Below, in pieces: positions 1 to 12,846 of a DNA stretch of 64,000 bases. The DNA is from Octopus sinensis. Lineage: Eukaryota. The notes beneath the pieces were generated by a model, which saw nothing but the letters and a program-made list of their open reading frames with translations, had not been told where the DNA came from and searched no databases. The stretch lies in the NCBI RefSeq assembly GCF_006345805.1, contig NC_043003.1, forward strand, positions 65,348,001-65,412,000, in the 5' to 3' direction. The first letter of the stretch is position 1. Each line of letters opens with the position of its first letter. The position numbers were made by a program, and so were the translations under genes.

Positions 1-660
1 TACATACATAGATACATACATAATACATAGATAATACATACATACTTACATGCATACATACATACATAAATACATACATAAATACATAGATAATGCATAC
101 ATACTTACATGCATACACATATACATACATAAATACATACATACATACATAAATACATGCATACATAAATACATACATACATGCATATATACATAAATAT
201 GCACATATATACATACATACATACGTACATACATACATACGTACATACATAAATACATAGATAATACATACATACTTACATGCATACACACATACATACA
301 TAAATACATACATAAATACATAGATAATACATACATACTTACAGGCATACACACATACATACATAAATACATACATAAATACATAGATAATGCATACATA
401 CTTACATGCATACACACATACATACATAAATACATACATACATACATAAATACATGCATACATAAATACATACATACCTGCACATATACATAAATACGCA
501 CATATATACATATATACGTACATACGTACATACATATATACATACATGCATAAATAGATGCATACATAAATACATACATACATGCATATATACATAAATA
601 CATAAATACATACATACATACATACATACATACATACAAACAAACATACGCGTGTCTGTG
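1..660. repeat. Complex (TACA)n-based microsatellite/minisatellite array
   Basis: TACA/CATA units with a recurring ~55-60 bp higher-order unit (catacataaatacatagataatacatacatacttacatgcatacac); ORFs 46-699 and 402-680 are repeat translations. Confidence 0.95.
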
Positions 661-837
661 TGTGTGTGTGGGGGGTACATTTAAATTCAGCCAAGTCAAC
701 AGTGTTTAAAGTAGAATAGAAGTTAAGATATTCTCTCATTCTAGGAAGGAATTCGTTTCCTTTGCATTTGCTTCCAATGCAAATGAGGAATATATTTATA
801 TGGCAATACTTGATTTGGCATGTTTATTTTCAAATTA

Positions 838-1085
838 AAAGGCTGTGCGTTTATGGACCTCACTTTGCAACAACGTGTATCTAGGTTCAGTCCCACAGCG
901 CGGCACTTTAGGAATGTGTTTCTACTGTGTCGAAACCCGTCGTGAATGTGTGTGTATGTGTTTGTATGATTGTGTGTGTGTGCGTGTGTATATGTGTATG
1001 AGCATGTGTGAGCGTATGGGTGTCTGTTTGTTCCTCCACCACTGCTTAACAACCGACTTTGGTTTGTTTACGTTCTCGTAACTTG
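838..1085 (+). mobile_element. Degenerate SINE family A (tRNA head, CORE-like body, internal microsatellite)
   Basis: ggttcagtcccacagcgcggcac head and ttaacaaccgac...acgttctcgtaactt body resemble the full copies at 20958, 26735 and 44205. Confidence 0.7.
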
Positions 1086-1324
1086 GTGATTCGACGAAAG
1101 AGCTCATACAAGAAGCGCTAGAATTACGAAATAAATCTTGGGCTGATTTGTTGGACTAGACCCTTTAAGGCGATCTCCTAGAACGATTGATGTCCAGTAA
1201 CTGGACTTAATAAAAGTTTATAAAAAGATAAATAATAAAAGATAATTGTATTTCTATGCTGCACGTCAAGTATAAACCCGACCCTGAAGTTTGTATGACC
1301 GCCAAAAATATCAGTTGAATATAC

Positions 1325-1444
1325 CTACAGTCTGAAAAATGGAAGCCGTATTGGATAATGTATTCAAAGATACACAAAAGAGGAATGCTGATCTCTGCTG
1401 GAGAGTCTTTGTTCATTGGTCTCGTCTGCTCAGTCATCAATGAC
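1325..1444 (-). CDS. Candidate internal exon of an unidentified minus-strand gene (120 nt, phase 2/2)
   Basis: Acceptor ttatttaaccatag|G, donor TAG|gtatat; only one frame open: RSLMTEQTRPMNKDSPAEISIPLLCIFEYIIQYGFHFSDCR. No family recognised. Confidence 0.35.
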
Positions 1445-1814
1445 CTATGGTTAAATAACAGCGAATGCAAATTATTTCTTGTGTTTGAATCAATAATATC
1501 TAAAAGAGAAATTAATATTTATGATTGCTCAATTTTGCAGATCCTGACCTATTTAAATAACCATTTAGCTATGCAGTAAAGTTATTTGAAATTAAACCTC
1601 AACTTGCACATAACACGAGACAATTTAATTATCACTTTTTCCATCTATTTGGCATTCAGCTGTGGTATCTACGCATATTTGCTAAACCCGTGTATATGAA
1701 GCTAGTAACATAACTCATAAAATTTTCATGTGTAAAAGATTTGACATGTAATTAGTTAGTATTTCAGCTGAATCTGTCCAACCATTAGGGTTCAACAATT
1801 TCACAAATATAAAG

Positions 1815-2330
1815 AGGCATGGCTGCGTGGCAAGAAGTTTGCTTCCCAACCATATGGGTTCGGGTTTAGTCCCGCTGCATGGCACCTTGAGCAAGTGTTT
1901 TTTACTGCATCCTCGAACCGTGGATTTCGTAGACAAAAACTGAAAGAAGCCCGGCATATATAGCGTAGAAGATGCTTGTAAGCCATTTAAGAACATACAA
2001 AAACCATTAATTTCACCTCAACATTTAAACATCATTTGTGTCAAAATATTTTGGTCACATTCGAACCGCGACCACTGACAAAACTTCGTGTTGCATCTGA
2101 GAAAGTAACAGTTAGTTCATGAAATATATATGTTTATGTATGTATGTATGTATGTATTGTTCGTTCCACACCACCACCACTTGACAACCGGTGCACGTGT
2201 TTACATCCCCATAACTTAGCGATCTGGCAAAAGTAACTGATAGAACAAGTGCTAAGCTTTTAAAAAGTACTCGGTCGATTCGTTCGTGCTCCAACATGGC
2301 CACAATGAAATGAGTGAAACAAGTGAAAGT
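1815..2330 (+). mobile_element. SINE family A, split copy (head 1815-1965, 3' half 2150-2330)
   Basis: ggctgcgtggcaagaagtttgcttcccaaccatatgggttcgg head; ccacttgacaaccggt...gtgctccaacatggccac tail. Confidence 0.75.
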
Positions 2331-2624
2331 TAAATAGGTGAACGGTAAATATATTAGCACCGAATGCATTTAAATTGGAATATACAATATTTAGAGCTGT
2401 AGCTAAATAAGCAGTGATACTTAATAACGGCTCTCTACAACACTAGCTGAAATACCATCTTAGGCGACATGGCATTTAATCCCCTAAGAACTAGGATGTA
2501 ATATTCTATCCGAGTAATGGGATTTCTTATCAAATAAGTCCTCTTCGACCCCTTCCACCAAATATTGGAAACAGTTGTGGCTAAAAGCACCAAATTTGTG
2601 CTTTTCATCTATTAAGGGTGGAAA

Positions 2625-2965
2625 TACGAGGTGTTGCTGAAAAGTTCCTGGATTTGGGTAAAAGAAAATACAGGTGGATCACTTTTATTCTACATATTCT
2701 ATACTCATATTCACACAACTATTGCAGCAGTCCTTCAGTTTTACTAAGCCTTATAAAAGAACTTGGAAGTTCGGACTTGAATCAGGTCTTTCACGATATT
2801 CTTAAAGCTAGGAACTTTAAAGAAGCCCACTCGCAAAATCGTCCAATCGATTACTGGGTTAATATATAAACGAATAATCTCTCTTCTCCACCTCGCGTCA
2901 AAAAATGAAATTGCTGAGAGAAAAGTCGCCATTTTGAGACTATTACGCACACATCCACTTTAATT
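2625..2965 (-). mobile_element. Mariner relic: right TIR plus transposase C-terminus
   Basis: TA-CGAGGTGTTGCTGAAAAGTTCCTGG TIR; the minus strand reads (with a frameshift) FFYK.LVKLKDCCNSCVNMSIEYVE*, matching the mariner C-terminal pattern. Confidence 0.65.
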
Positions 2966-3437
2966 GAAGCAGTTCAATTCAGATTTATTCAGTTCTATAT
3001 ACATTTTATTTTAATAGATTTCACTCTCTGTCATTTATTTATATGCTAATTTTTATTTTTATTTCGTTACAAGTTGAAACTAAATATAGTTTGATCTATA
3101 TCGATATAAGTGATATAATAGCTAGCAAAATGGGAAAAAGCTATTTCATATTTGCCCATTATAGTTTTATATATATTATATGAAAGTTTCGAGGTTTTCC
3201 AAGAACTTACACCGCTTGAATAAAAATATCAATAAATACCTTTATTTTTTTCTTTTATTTTCTAAATATATTTTACAGAGACGTTATCACATACACATAT
3301 ATTATATATCTGCAGTCGATTGTACAAATGTAAATTACGTACACATCCAACCATTTACGCCAAATGTTTATGAGTGTGTGTTTGTGTGTGTGTATGCATA
3401 TGTAAATATGTATATACATATTCATAGATGCATAAAC

Positions 3438-3470
<33 letters not shown>

Positions 3471-4211
3471 CGTATATATACATATATGTAAATATATATA
3501 CACACATATATATATGCATATGTATGTATGTATATATGTATCCTTATGACCATATATGTACACAAAGAAACTTACTTTCATGCACAGACTCACACAGACA
3601 TAGTAATATACAATTGCGGCATTTCTAACCTACCCCCGTATTATATTTATACTGTAATATCGTAGAATATTATCTGAATAGAAATAGAATAAGGTTACAT
3701 ATATGCGATTATATATGTGTGCGTGTATGCATGTATATATATATTATTTGCTAGTATATATACGTGTGTAGCTGTATTAATGCACGCCCACACATACATA
3801 TATTCAGTGACACACACTCATATACATTTCCCGAAAAAATAAACACTACACAATTGCAGCCATGAAAAATGTAGATAATACGACTTCTGAAACTATTAAA
3901 TCTAAACATTCCTTACTAGATAAATGCTAAGACTAAAAGAGACCATTTTATATGGACAATCTATAGTTTATACATATTTATATAAACAAACAACAACACA
4001 AGCTCTGCCGTTTATATCAAAGTATTATCGTGGAATCAGAAATAATAAATAAAAAAGACCAAGAGAGATATTTCATCATACATAAAGGCGGCAGTTATAC
4101 TTAGCATAAATATATTATTGTATCCGGTAAATAAATGCATATATATATAAACACACATACATGCACATATACATACATATGTATGTATATATATATATAT
4201 AATATATATAT

Positions 4212-5190
4212 ATGCTAGCTATGCAGATGACACAAAGGTCTCCCACGCATACAGAACCCTGAAAATATGCGCATCTGCAACATGAGCTGGACACAATATC
4301 AGGTTGGGCTGAGGACAACAACATGCAGTTTAATGCAGGTAAGTTCCAGGCCCTGCGCTACTGGCACACAAAGGTAATGACGTGAAGACTGGATACACTG
4401 GCCCAGGAAGAATTGCAATCCCTGAGTCAAAATCAGTGCGTGACCTGGGCATTGACATGAGCAATGATGCATCTTTCCAAATGCATATTGCTAATCTGGT
4501 GATAAAATGCAGACGGCTACTGGATGGATTCTCGAACTTTCAGAACAAGAGAGAAGGAGACTGATGTCCTATGGAAAACATTTGTCCTCACCGCTTGGAC
4601 TACTGCTCCCAACTTTGGTCACCACACAATATAAAACAAACAGCAGAACTCGAAGCAACTCAGAGAAGCTACACAAAGAAAATCGTCTCAATGCAAAATG
4701 TCAGCTACTGGGAAAGACTGAAGGTATTATCTTCTCCCTGGAGCGGAGGCGGGAGAGATATGCAGTAATATACATCTGGAAAATCCTGGAGGTCTTATCC
4801 CAAACTTGGCATTCAAAGTTACTATAACCGCAGAACGGGGCGCCGCTGCGTGGTGCCAAGGATTCCAACATCACCATCAAAATACAGTCCAGATACTGCA
4901 ACAGCTGGGTTTCAGAGGACCACAGCTTTCAACATCCTCCCTAAATGCCTGAAGACTTACATGGTGTGGATGTGGGTTTCTTTAAAACTAAACTGGATCT
5001 CTTCTTGTTGGAAGTCCAGATGAACCTACCTCACGACAGGAGACGCGGATGCGGGCAGCAGCATCGAACTCCCTTGTTGATCAAGTGCCACGTATCAGAG
5101 GTGGATTCACAAACTAGTGTGGCTCATTCAGCGGTGGTGCCCCAGCATGGCCGCGGCCTTCGGGCTAAACATTTTTAAGGATTTAAGGAT
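4212..5190 (+). mobile_element. 5'-truncated CR1/L2-like LINE, family CR1-A (frameshifted RT C-terminus and 3' UTR)
   Basis: Starts at SYADDTKV; VRDLGI, RLDYCSQLWSP and LERRRERY motifs; tail tttaaggatttaaggat; (TA)n on both sides; near-identical to 31763-32974. Confidence 0.92.
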
Positions 5191-6120
5191 ATATATATAT
5201 ATTATATTATATATATATATATAAATTGTGCATGTGTGTTTATGCATGTACGTGTGGATAAATGCAAAACATTAGTACGTGTTGGTCTGGAGATTACAGT
5301 TTGTGACGTTTCACGGTTTCATGCAAATGTCAAGGAATTTAGATACAGAGATGCTTAAGAGATATTCAAAGTAAGTGATGATGCGAAATATAGGATAACC
5401 GCAGGTCATAACATGTATCCCGTCACGATTATTTATTCTCCCGTCCGAAAAAATGAAGCAAATATTTCATCCTATGTCTACACGTTGACATTAACTCTGT
5501 TTGTAGAACACATTAATACTTCACGCTCTAACTAGATCCTGAGATATCTTTAAATAGTTTATCTATACATACATAATGGTTGCAAACTCGAGTATTGCCA
5601 ATGACTAATCAGAAGTCACACTCATGCGAAAGCTACGACGAGCCATTTACGACGAGCCATTTTTGTGATAGGTCTTAATTTTTTTCAAGCGATGCTCCTA
5701 CATGATGATTTCTTATAGAAAGTAATGGATTTGCACAAATCCAATCCCACTCTCTGAAGATGGACAACATGAACTCGAAAAAGGGGTTAGTCTACATCAT
5801 TGAATATTGTCAGAGTCGCAGGTTTACTCTTAGAGTTTCCCTCTCCTAGAAAGAAATAGTGTGACAACAGAAGGGTCTTCCCTTCCCAGTAAGCCAACCG
5901 CGCGCCTGGACACCAACCCAGGTATTTCCACTTCCCTTGCCATACATACATGCATACATGCACATGTATATATATTGTTGGATGGCCGTTGACTGCTCAT
6001 GTGCTCTTCCGCCCTTTGACAGGTTTTATTTTTCGTCCTACAGTCTTCAACAATCACCCTCCTCAGAAAGCAACCTGACATGCATGCATACATGTATACA
6101 TACAGACGGAGAGACATACA

Positions 6121-6330
6121 TAAATATTAAAGAACTGCTTCGGTAGTGAATGACTATCGGATTGCACCTAGAACGTTACTCACCATGGTAGCAGTCTGAG
6201 CAAGGTTGTCCAGCCTCTCTTCACCAGCCATCCAGACCAGATAATTGCTAAAGAGATCCGCGTAGAGGAACCGAATCCGAAAGAATGTGATTGCCAAGTA
6301 AATTTCATACGACTCACCCATATTAGCGTC
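6121..6330 (-). mobile_element. Old SINE family D fragment
   Basis: Minus-strand aaccttgctcagact...gtaacgttctaggtgcaatcc is homologous to the 3' part of the SINE at 40057-40392. Confidence 0.6.
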
Positions 6331-6407
6331 TATATATAAGTTTATATCATGAACTCGAGGTTGCTATAATATTAAGAATATAAGACTTATTCATTAGATA
6401 TACAAGT

Positions 6408-6745
6408 GGAGGCATATAATTTAGTAGTTAGAGCAGCGGACACACGGTCGAGGGATTGTGGGTTCGAATTTCAGACCGATCGATGCGTGTGTCTATGAGC
6501 GAAACTCCTAAGCTCTACGCGGCTTCTGTAGAAGGTAATGGTGAACTTCTGCTGACTCTTTTGTCACAACTTTCTCTCTCTCTCTCTTTCCTCCTGCATC
6601 TAGTAGCTCACTTGCGACGGACCGTCGTCCCGGCCCGGTGGGAGAACCTATACGCCAATCAAACCGGGAACCCGGCCCTTATGAGGCAGGCATGGCTCGA
6701 GAATGAGCAATCAACATTGGATATACAAAAGTCAACTGGTAATAG
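6408..6745 (+). mobile_element. SINE family C (tRNA head), tail type 1
   Basis: gtggaggc...agttagagcagcggac...ggttcgaatt A/B boxes; body shared with the 30040 and 59575 copies. Confidence 0.75.
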
Positions 6746-7508
6746 GAACTTAGAACTTGAAAATAAATAAATGTCTTATTACTAAATATAAATTTATGAC
6801 AAAGGCCATACAGGAATAATACGGCAGCGATTATAAAGGAAAGTCTTGGTTCCATGATGCATAAGAAGCAAGTTGAAATTAGTGTGTTATCAACATTTGA
6901 TATTTCTAAGATAAATACTTGGTTTTCGTACGCCATCACACTTGTAGCCATTCTGTGTCGATATTTTGTATGTTGTAGCATGCACATTATCATATATAAA
7001 GTAATGGAGATATTTCCCAATACGAAAGTGTTCTAATTAGCATTTGGATAAAGATGAATCTGAAGTACGTGTTGGCAAATTGTTATGCTACATTTAATCA
7101 AAAGAATATCAGTGGTGCAGATGCAAAGCACAGGGTTAAATCGATTAAGCAAACATTCAACCCTGCCAAGAAGAATGAAGGACAAAAGAGGGGAAAAAAC
7201 ATGGATAAAAGTTACTTGAACTGCATCAGAAAACTATACTTTCAAAAATATTATTGTAGATTAATGATACAGATTTTGAAGAGGAATAACGAACAGGGAA
7301 TCTATAAAATATAAATCTCAATACTTTAGTGTCCGGAAACTGTTTGTATATGCTAATGCATTGCATTTCAAATTTAATCATCAAACAAATGAGAGTTTGC
7401 CGTATAAAAATTAAATCGGGTTCCACAGGAAAGTAACAAAGTGTTCCTGTCTTTTGTTCAGCTTAAGTTCAGCTCTGATGAAAAGCAATCTAACCGTAAC
7501 CATTCTGC

Positions 7509-7545
<37 letters not shown>

Positions 7546-8239
7546 TATTACGCAATATACCTTCCCTTTATAAAGATAATAAAGTTTGAGTGTAATTATT
7601 TTTACCAAGTCACCCGAACACGTAGAACGCCCTCATTGGTTGAAGTTTTGCAAATATTGAAATGAGTAGTACAGAATATTTTTTATACCGGATTTCGATT
7701 CATAAATGGTAAATAAAATCAAAAACATTTTGAGTAGGGGGTGGTTGTCGTTAAAAGATGAACAAGACAATGGTTTTAGCCTTCCTTTAGCGAATGAAAA
7801 GTTATGCCTGAATTTTAATTTATTTCTTCCTCTCTTGCCAAATAATCCGCCTGATTTGTGTTTATTGAATTTCATTTTGTTGATACTGATAACTATAAAC
7901 CTTAACAAATTGCAGTGTCTATGTTAATTATTTCTTTGTACACAATTTCCTGAGAATTTCCATAAAAGGCAAGGAATAGAAAGACATTTGCGGATATATC
8001 CGTATTTATTACTTGAATAAATAATTTATGTATAATTTATTGCATTAAATCATTTCAGTTGCTCAGTAATATTATAAATATCAGCAATTACTCAGTCTAC
8101 GCATCTGGATTATTCATAAACTGAGTGGCTGACATATTGCAATAAAAAAAAGCCTACCTGAGATGAGCTAGACTTGCATTGCTCACCACATATTTCATCG
8201 ATATGTCGAATTCGAATTATCAAAGACATTTGGGTGTCA

Positions 8240-8547
8240 ATTTGGATACTGGAGTCGATCTAATCAATTGGCCCATCCCCAAAATTTCGGGCCTTGTTTC
8301 TAGAGTAGAAAAGAATTTGGGAAAAAAAGGCAGCGAGCTGGCAGAAACGTTAGAATGCTGGACGAAATGCTTAGCGGTATTTCATCTGTCTTTATGTTCT
8401 GAGTTCAAATTGCGTCGAGGTCGACTTTACCTTTCATCCTTTCGGGGCCCATAAATTAAGTACCAGTTGGATACTGGAGTCAATCTAATCGATTGGCCCC
8501 TCCCCCAAATTTTGGGTCGTGTGCCTCGAGTAGAAAAGAATTTGGAA
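8240..8547 (+). mobile_element. SINE family B (Meta/MESC-like core), full copy preceded by a duplicated 3' tail
   Basis: ggcagcgagctggcagaaacgttag head; gaggtcgactttacctttcatcctttcgggg core; the ttggatactggagtc...agtagaaaagaatttgg tail occurs twice. Confidence 0.85.
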
Positions 8548-9775
8548 AACTTGTGGTATTTGTGCTCTCTGATGTAAATTTATCTTCAATTCTTTCGTAT
8601 TAGATAAAAATAAAAGTCCAGCGCTGTGTACAGGTGTGTACTTTACGCATGTGAGGAAATGTCATTGCAGTAACTGTTTCGACTGTTTGAGTTCAACAAC
8701 AACAGCTGCGACCACACCATTGGTGGCGTAAAAAGTAAGGAATTGCATGCGAGGGCAACAACTGGCTCCTATACGTACCAAAATCAACTTTATCCAGAAC
8801 TGCACTCCTGTGAGGAAATTTTCAGATGCAGAAAAATGATCTTACGTGACATACCGAGAAATTACACACCTGGATGAACCCTATATTGTTTTATTTTATT
8901 CGCATCGCATTTGTTACCTATATATTTTAAGGGTATCCATTTACTTATCTTCAACGGACGGAAAGCAAGCGATAGAAACTGTGAGCGTTGCATAACATTT
9001 ACATCCGACCCCATACGGCTTACTTTCCAAAATTATATGCAATTACTTTATGCTTTATCCATTCACCATTGCTTAAGTATAACTAGCGTATTTCTTCCAC
9101 AAAAAAATATTTTGTAGCAAAAAGAGAAATCAATATAGATTTATGTTATACAATAAAGGAAACTTCACAATAGGAGTAATTCCTCAAGAAATTATATGCT
9201 CCATTGATAAAAATGTATCTTAGAAAATGTACAAGCATTTGAACGTATCGTGAGGAAAATAACCACCGTAGAACGTGAGTCAAAGATTAGTTTATCTGGA
9301 GCATATCGTATACGACACAGTACTTCTCATAAAGAGTTTAGATATATACAGTAATGTGTTTTCTCATTTAGTTCAGAATTCCTATAGAAGTATTTTTCTC
9401 AATTTCCATTAATATTGTTTTGAGTATCAAGTGTTTGATTTTATTTTTTTTACTAATGGATCTAAAATTAAGGACTTTATGAACCATTTGGTAATAATAA
9501 AATAATGTAAAACTTGCAGCAAGCAAGAAGATTTCTCTGTGAAGTCCACAAATGTTTTTCTTTATTTAGTGCCTTTTTACCGTTGCTAATAAGCCGGGTA
9601 AACTAACAGGTTTCACTTCTAAGTGCTAGGTTCAAAATTATTTTATACTTATCAAATCACTAATACTTAGTGACAATATGTCTGTAGTTACGAAGTCTTA
9701 TAGATAGTTCCAATAACCTGTTTGGGATTTACTGCCCGGAACAGCCCAAGTTACTGTTAAAGCAAAATACTGAAC

Positions 9776-9837
9776 CTTCTGTTAACCGGGCAGAGCACAC
9801 TTAGCATCTCCAGGATTGACCAAGTCGGTAGAGACAC
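9776..9837 (-). CDS. Weak candidate exon (62 nt, phase 0/2)
   Basis: Acceptor ttttattgcattctcatcagag|; reads VSLPTWSILEMLSVLCPVNR; the gttcag donor is weak; phases would link 9967-10236 to 1325-1444. Confidence 0.2.
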
Positions 9838-9966
9838 CTCTGATGAGAATGCAATAAAATTTAAGAATCGATTAAGTTGGTTTATCATTTTTGCAATCTA
9901 CGGAGACACAGCTTAAATGGCTCTGTTTATACAGGTGCTATATAGCTTACAAATCTTATATCATAC

Positions 9967-10236
9967 TTTGATACTGGCTGGACTGAGATCGCCGTCGACA
10001 GGCCCTCGGATATTTGTTGTATCAGTGGAGATGTCCGAATCCTCGCCACCACTGTTGTGTCGCACGTCCGACGTACGATATAACGGGATAATAATAATGT
10101 CCTCACAAATCGTTCTACTCGAGGTACTAGAAATAACCTTCGACAATACGCAACTCTCGGCTTCACACAGCTCAAGATTCCCTTGCACTCTCTGCGTATG
10201 TCCATTTATATTGTAGCACAGTCCAAAAGGAGCCAA
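9967..10236 (-). CDS. Candidate coding exon of an unidentified gene (270 nt, phase 0/0; or terminal exon ending at 9961)
   Basis: Unique GC-richer island; acceptor aacacccctattag|TTG, donor AAA|gtatga; open frame LAPFGLCYNINGHTQRVQGNLELCEAESCVLSKV...GDLSPASIK. Confidence 0.45.
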
Positions 10237-11442
10237 CTAATAGGGGTGTTCTACTTCCACTCAACAATATTTAAAAATAAAGGGTTAATATTTACGGTAT
10301 ACAAATTAGTGGCTCCAGTTTTTTGTAGCGACTGTAATTATTTCACAACCATCTGAGGAGAGCAAAGCTCTCCTCACGAACGCGCGTTCGTGAGATGCTT
10401 GTGATCTATAAACAGTTTTGAGTAGGAGCCGGAAAGAGAAGTATGAATATGCAATGCGCATGTGCCCACTGAATTTTTAAGATGGAATAGAAGAATAAAA
10501 ACGCAATGTGCATGTCAAAATAAAACGGAAAAGAAGCATAAAACAAGTTATATGATGGTTTGTAGGCTACATTTAACACCGCTATCACGTAGCTTTGCTG
10601 CAGTTTTCTTCTTGAGTATATAAACGGATTGGCTGTTTGTTTCTCTGGGATTTGTCAAATTGATGTGGACACTTCATAGAGGGATCCAATAAGATTCAAA
10701 ATAACCGATTAAAGTTGTTCAACAGTTTTTCAATCTACCAAGAAGCAAGTTAATCAGGCACTCTTTATATAGGTTGCACATATAATCTGAAGTCAGAGCT
10801 CCTACATGGCCTTAATCATGATGGTTAAATATATATTGGAATTCAATTTTAGATGTTAGGGTAAAGTGTGCGGTGATGATAACTCTTATGAAAATGTAAA
10901 TGATAACACGATTATTTTTTTTTATTTTGTGGGCTACAATCACCTAACTAATCCATGTTGCACATTGATGGAAGGAGACACATCAACGGAGAATATATAT
11001 ATAATTAATGAATCACGCAGATTTAAATGTGTAAAAGGTATAATAAATTCGACACCCAAAGAATAATGCTAATTAACACACACTAAAATGGGGAAATTCT
11101 GCCATGCACACCATCATTAAGCACCTTTCATCCAACAAGAATATTTACAGGTGAAGAAATCTTTCGAGAATAATCAGGAGAAAATAGTAAATGTTACACG
11201 ACCACCTAGTGAGGTTTTGGATATGACGAAGACTATACAATGCCTTAAACTCTTGCACTTACATACTATGTCAAATCTGTCCCAATTATGTTCGTGTATG
11301 TGTATGCGTGTATGTGTGTGTGTGGTGTGTGTGTGTGTACGTGCTTGATATTCTATTTTTGTTACTACTTATTATCATTTACATTCTCTTCCAGCAATAA
11401 CGATCTTTATTACAAATCAATTTTTCTCTCACTTTTATTGCA

Positions 11443-11451
11443 ATCTATCTA

Positions 11452-11521
<70 letters not shown>
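11443..11521. repeat. (TATC/TGTC)n microsatellite, left flank of the tRNA-LINE insertion
   Basis: Direct reading. Confidence 0.95.
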
Positions 11522-11522
<1 letters not shown>

Positions 11523-11586
11523 GGCGCAGTGGAAGCGTGCTGGGCCCATAACCCAGAGGTCCGTAAATCGAAACTACGCTCTGCTA
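11522..11586 (+). tRNA. tRNA-iMet: Initiator tRNA-Met(CAT) pseudogene lacking the first 7 nt of the acceptor stem
   Basis: TGGCGCAGTGGAAGCGTGCTGGGCCCATAACCCAGAGGTCCGTAAATCGAAACTACGCTCTGCTA matches metazoan iMet positions 8-72 (3 G-C anticodon-stem pairs, ATCG T-loop). CAT at 11547-11549; AGCAGAG missing; one T-stem mismatch; no CCA. Confidence 0.93.
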
Positions 11587-11603
11587 AGTGAACTTTCTGT
11601 TTT

Positions 11604-12812
11604 GCTGCCAACACCCGTTAAAAGGAGGGCTGAACATGCTGTGGATGATGATGCACAGACACGCGCTGAGACTGCGACATCTCCGGCTCTACGTAGACGA
11701 CGGTGAATAGGTGTGGTTGCCGTTTGTGAGGCGTGCTTTCCCGCAGCTCGTCTCCATGACCGAACTGCAGTCGTGGATCAAAAAGGAGCCGAGGAAGGGC
11801 GAATGGCACCGCGAGTGTCGCGTTGCTCTCAAGCAACAATGCCGTCCCGGGTCGACTTTGAGCGACTTCAGCACAACCAAAGCAGTCTATAGGGGATTAG
11901 TGGTGGGGAAGTACGACGAAATCTCGGGGCGAACCTGGGCGTCGACGAGGAATACCTGACCCGCCTGTTCAAGACGACTTTCGGGCCGGGACCTTTGGAC
12001 AACTTCCAGAGATCCCTGACTTGACAGTGCTATTGAGAAGCGCTACCCGTTCGGGATAAGTTCTACAGGCATGGCACGAGAAACACTGTGCCGGCCTGCC
12101 CGAAATGCGGTCATAGCGACGAAACCGTTCTGCACGCCCTCTTACAGTGTCCAACAATTTCCGATTTGTGGGCCTATGTCGAGCGACTTCTATCGTGGGT
12201 GGGACGAGTCGGTTTATCAATCGAGTCTATCGTGAATATTGTCGCGCCTCCTGCCTTGAAAGGGGAAGGAAGAACCATTTTCATCGTACTTGTGGCTATG
12301 GCGAAAGAATGTGTATGGTGTACGCTTCTGAAAGTTCTAGAGACACTTTCTTCTCTGGTCAATCTCTCATCAACTTCTTCAAGTATCGCATGAAAAGGAA
12401 GGTTAGAGAGGGAAGTCTTGTCTAGTGAATGTTTCAAAAAAGATGGGTGAATGTAGTAAGGATGGCACGTGTGAATGACGGAGCCAGCTTGAGCATAATC
12501 CTATGAACCAAAAGAGAAAAAGAAAGGAAAAAACAGTCACTGTAATGTATTGTTTTGCATGACATTATTGCCCAAGGTTACCGTGGTCATTTCCGTAGGC
12601 TTTTCTTTCCACGGATAAACTTAAACGGTTTTTCCTTTTTACATAGACATTTCTGTGATACACGATCCCTATTGATCAGCTTTTTTTTTTCCACGATCAC
12701 GTTTGATCGAAATTTGACCCACTGTTTTTTCTCTTCGTCTTTCCAAAAAGAAAGGCCCTACTTTGTATTTTGTCCCCTCTGTGTTCAGCCCTGTGTGGCC
12801 AGTAAAGAAGCA
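11604..12812 (+). mobile_element. 5'-truncated L1/Tx1-clade LINE (ORF2 C-terminus and 3' UTR)
   Basis: CCQHPLKGGLNM motif; zinc knuckle CPKCGHSDETVLHALLQC; stops and frameshifts; ends gtggccagtaaagaagca followed by (TATC)n; homologous to 51692-52449. Confidence 0.9.

Positions 12813-12846
<34 letters not shown>

Noticed and set aside
46-699. Long ORFs rich in MYV/YI/LSIY/CV throughout the ORF track
   Set aside because: They are translations of TACA, TA, TATC and TG microsatellites.
6010-6075. CTGAGGA...GAAA...TC-AAAG hammerhead-like pattern on the minus strand
   Set aside because: Stems II and III do not pair.
6177-6250. Apparent minus-strand exon NYLVWMAGEERLDNLAQTATM with gtgagt donor (neprilysin-like NYLVW)
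   Set aside because: The sequence is homologous to the 3' part of the SINE at 40057-40392.
8790-8850. YPELHSCEEIF resembling the Tc1/IS630 SPELNPIE motif
   Set aside because: Too short and degenerate, no TIRs found.
9835-9850. Isolated CTGATGA heptamers (also ~7475, 40445, 46137, 55371)
   Set aside because: No matching stem II, GAAA, stem III arrangement.
11522-11586. Functional initiator tRNA gene
   Set aside because: The 5' strand of the acceptor stem is missing and the T-stem has a mismatch; called a pseudogene.
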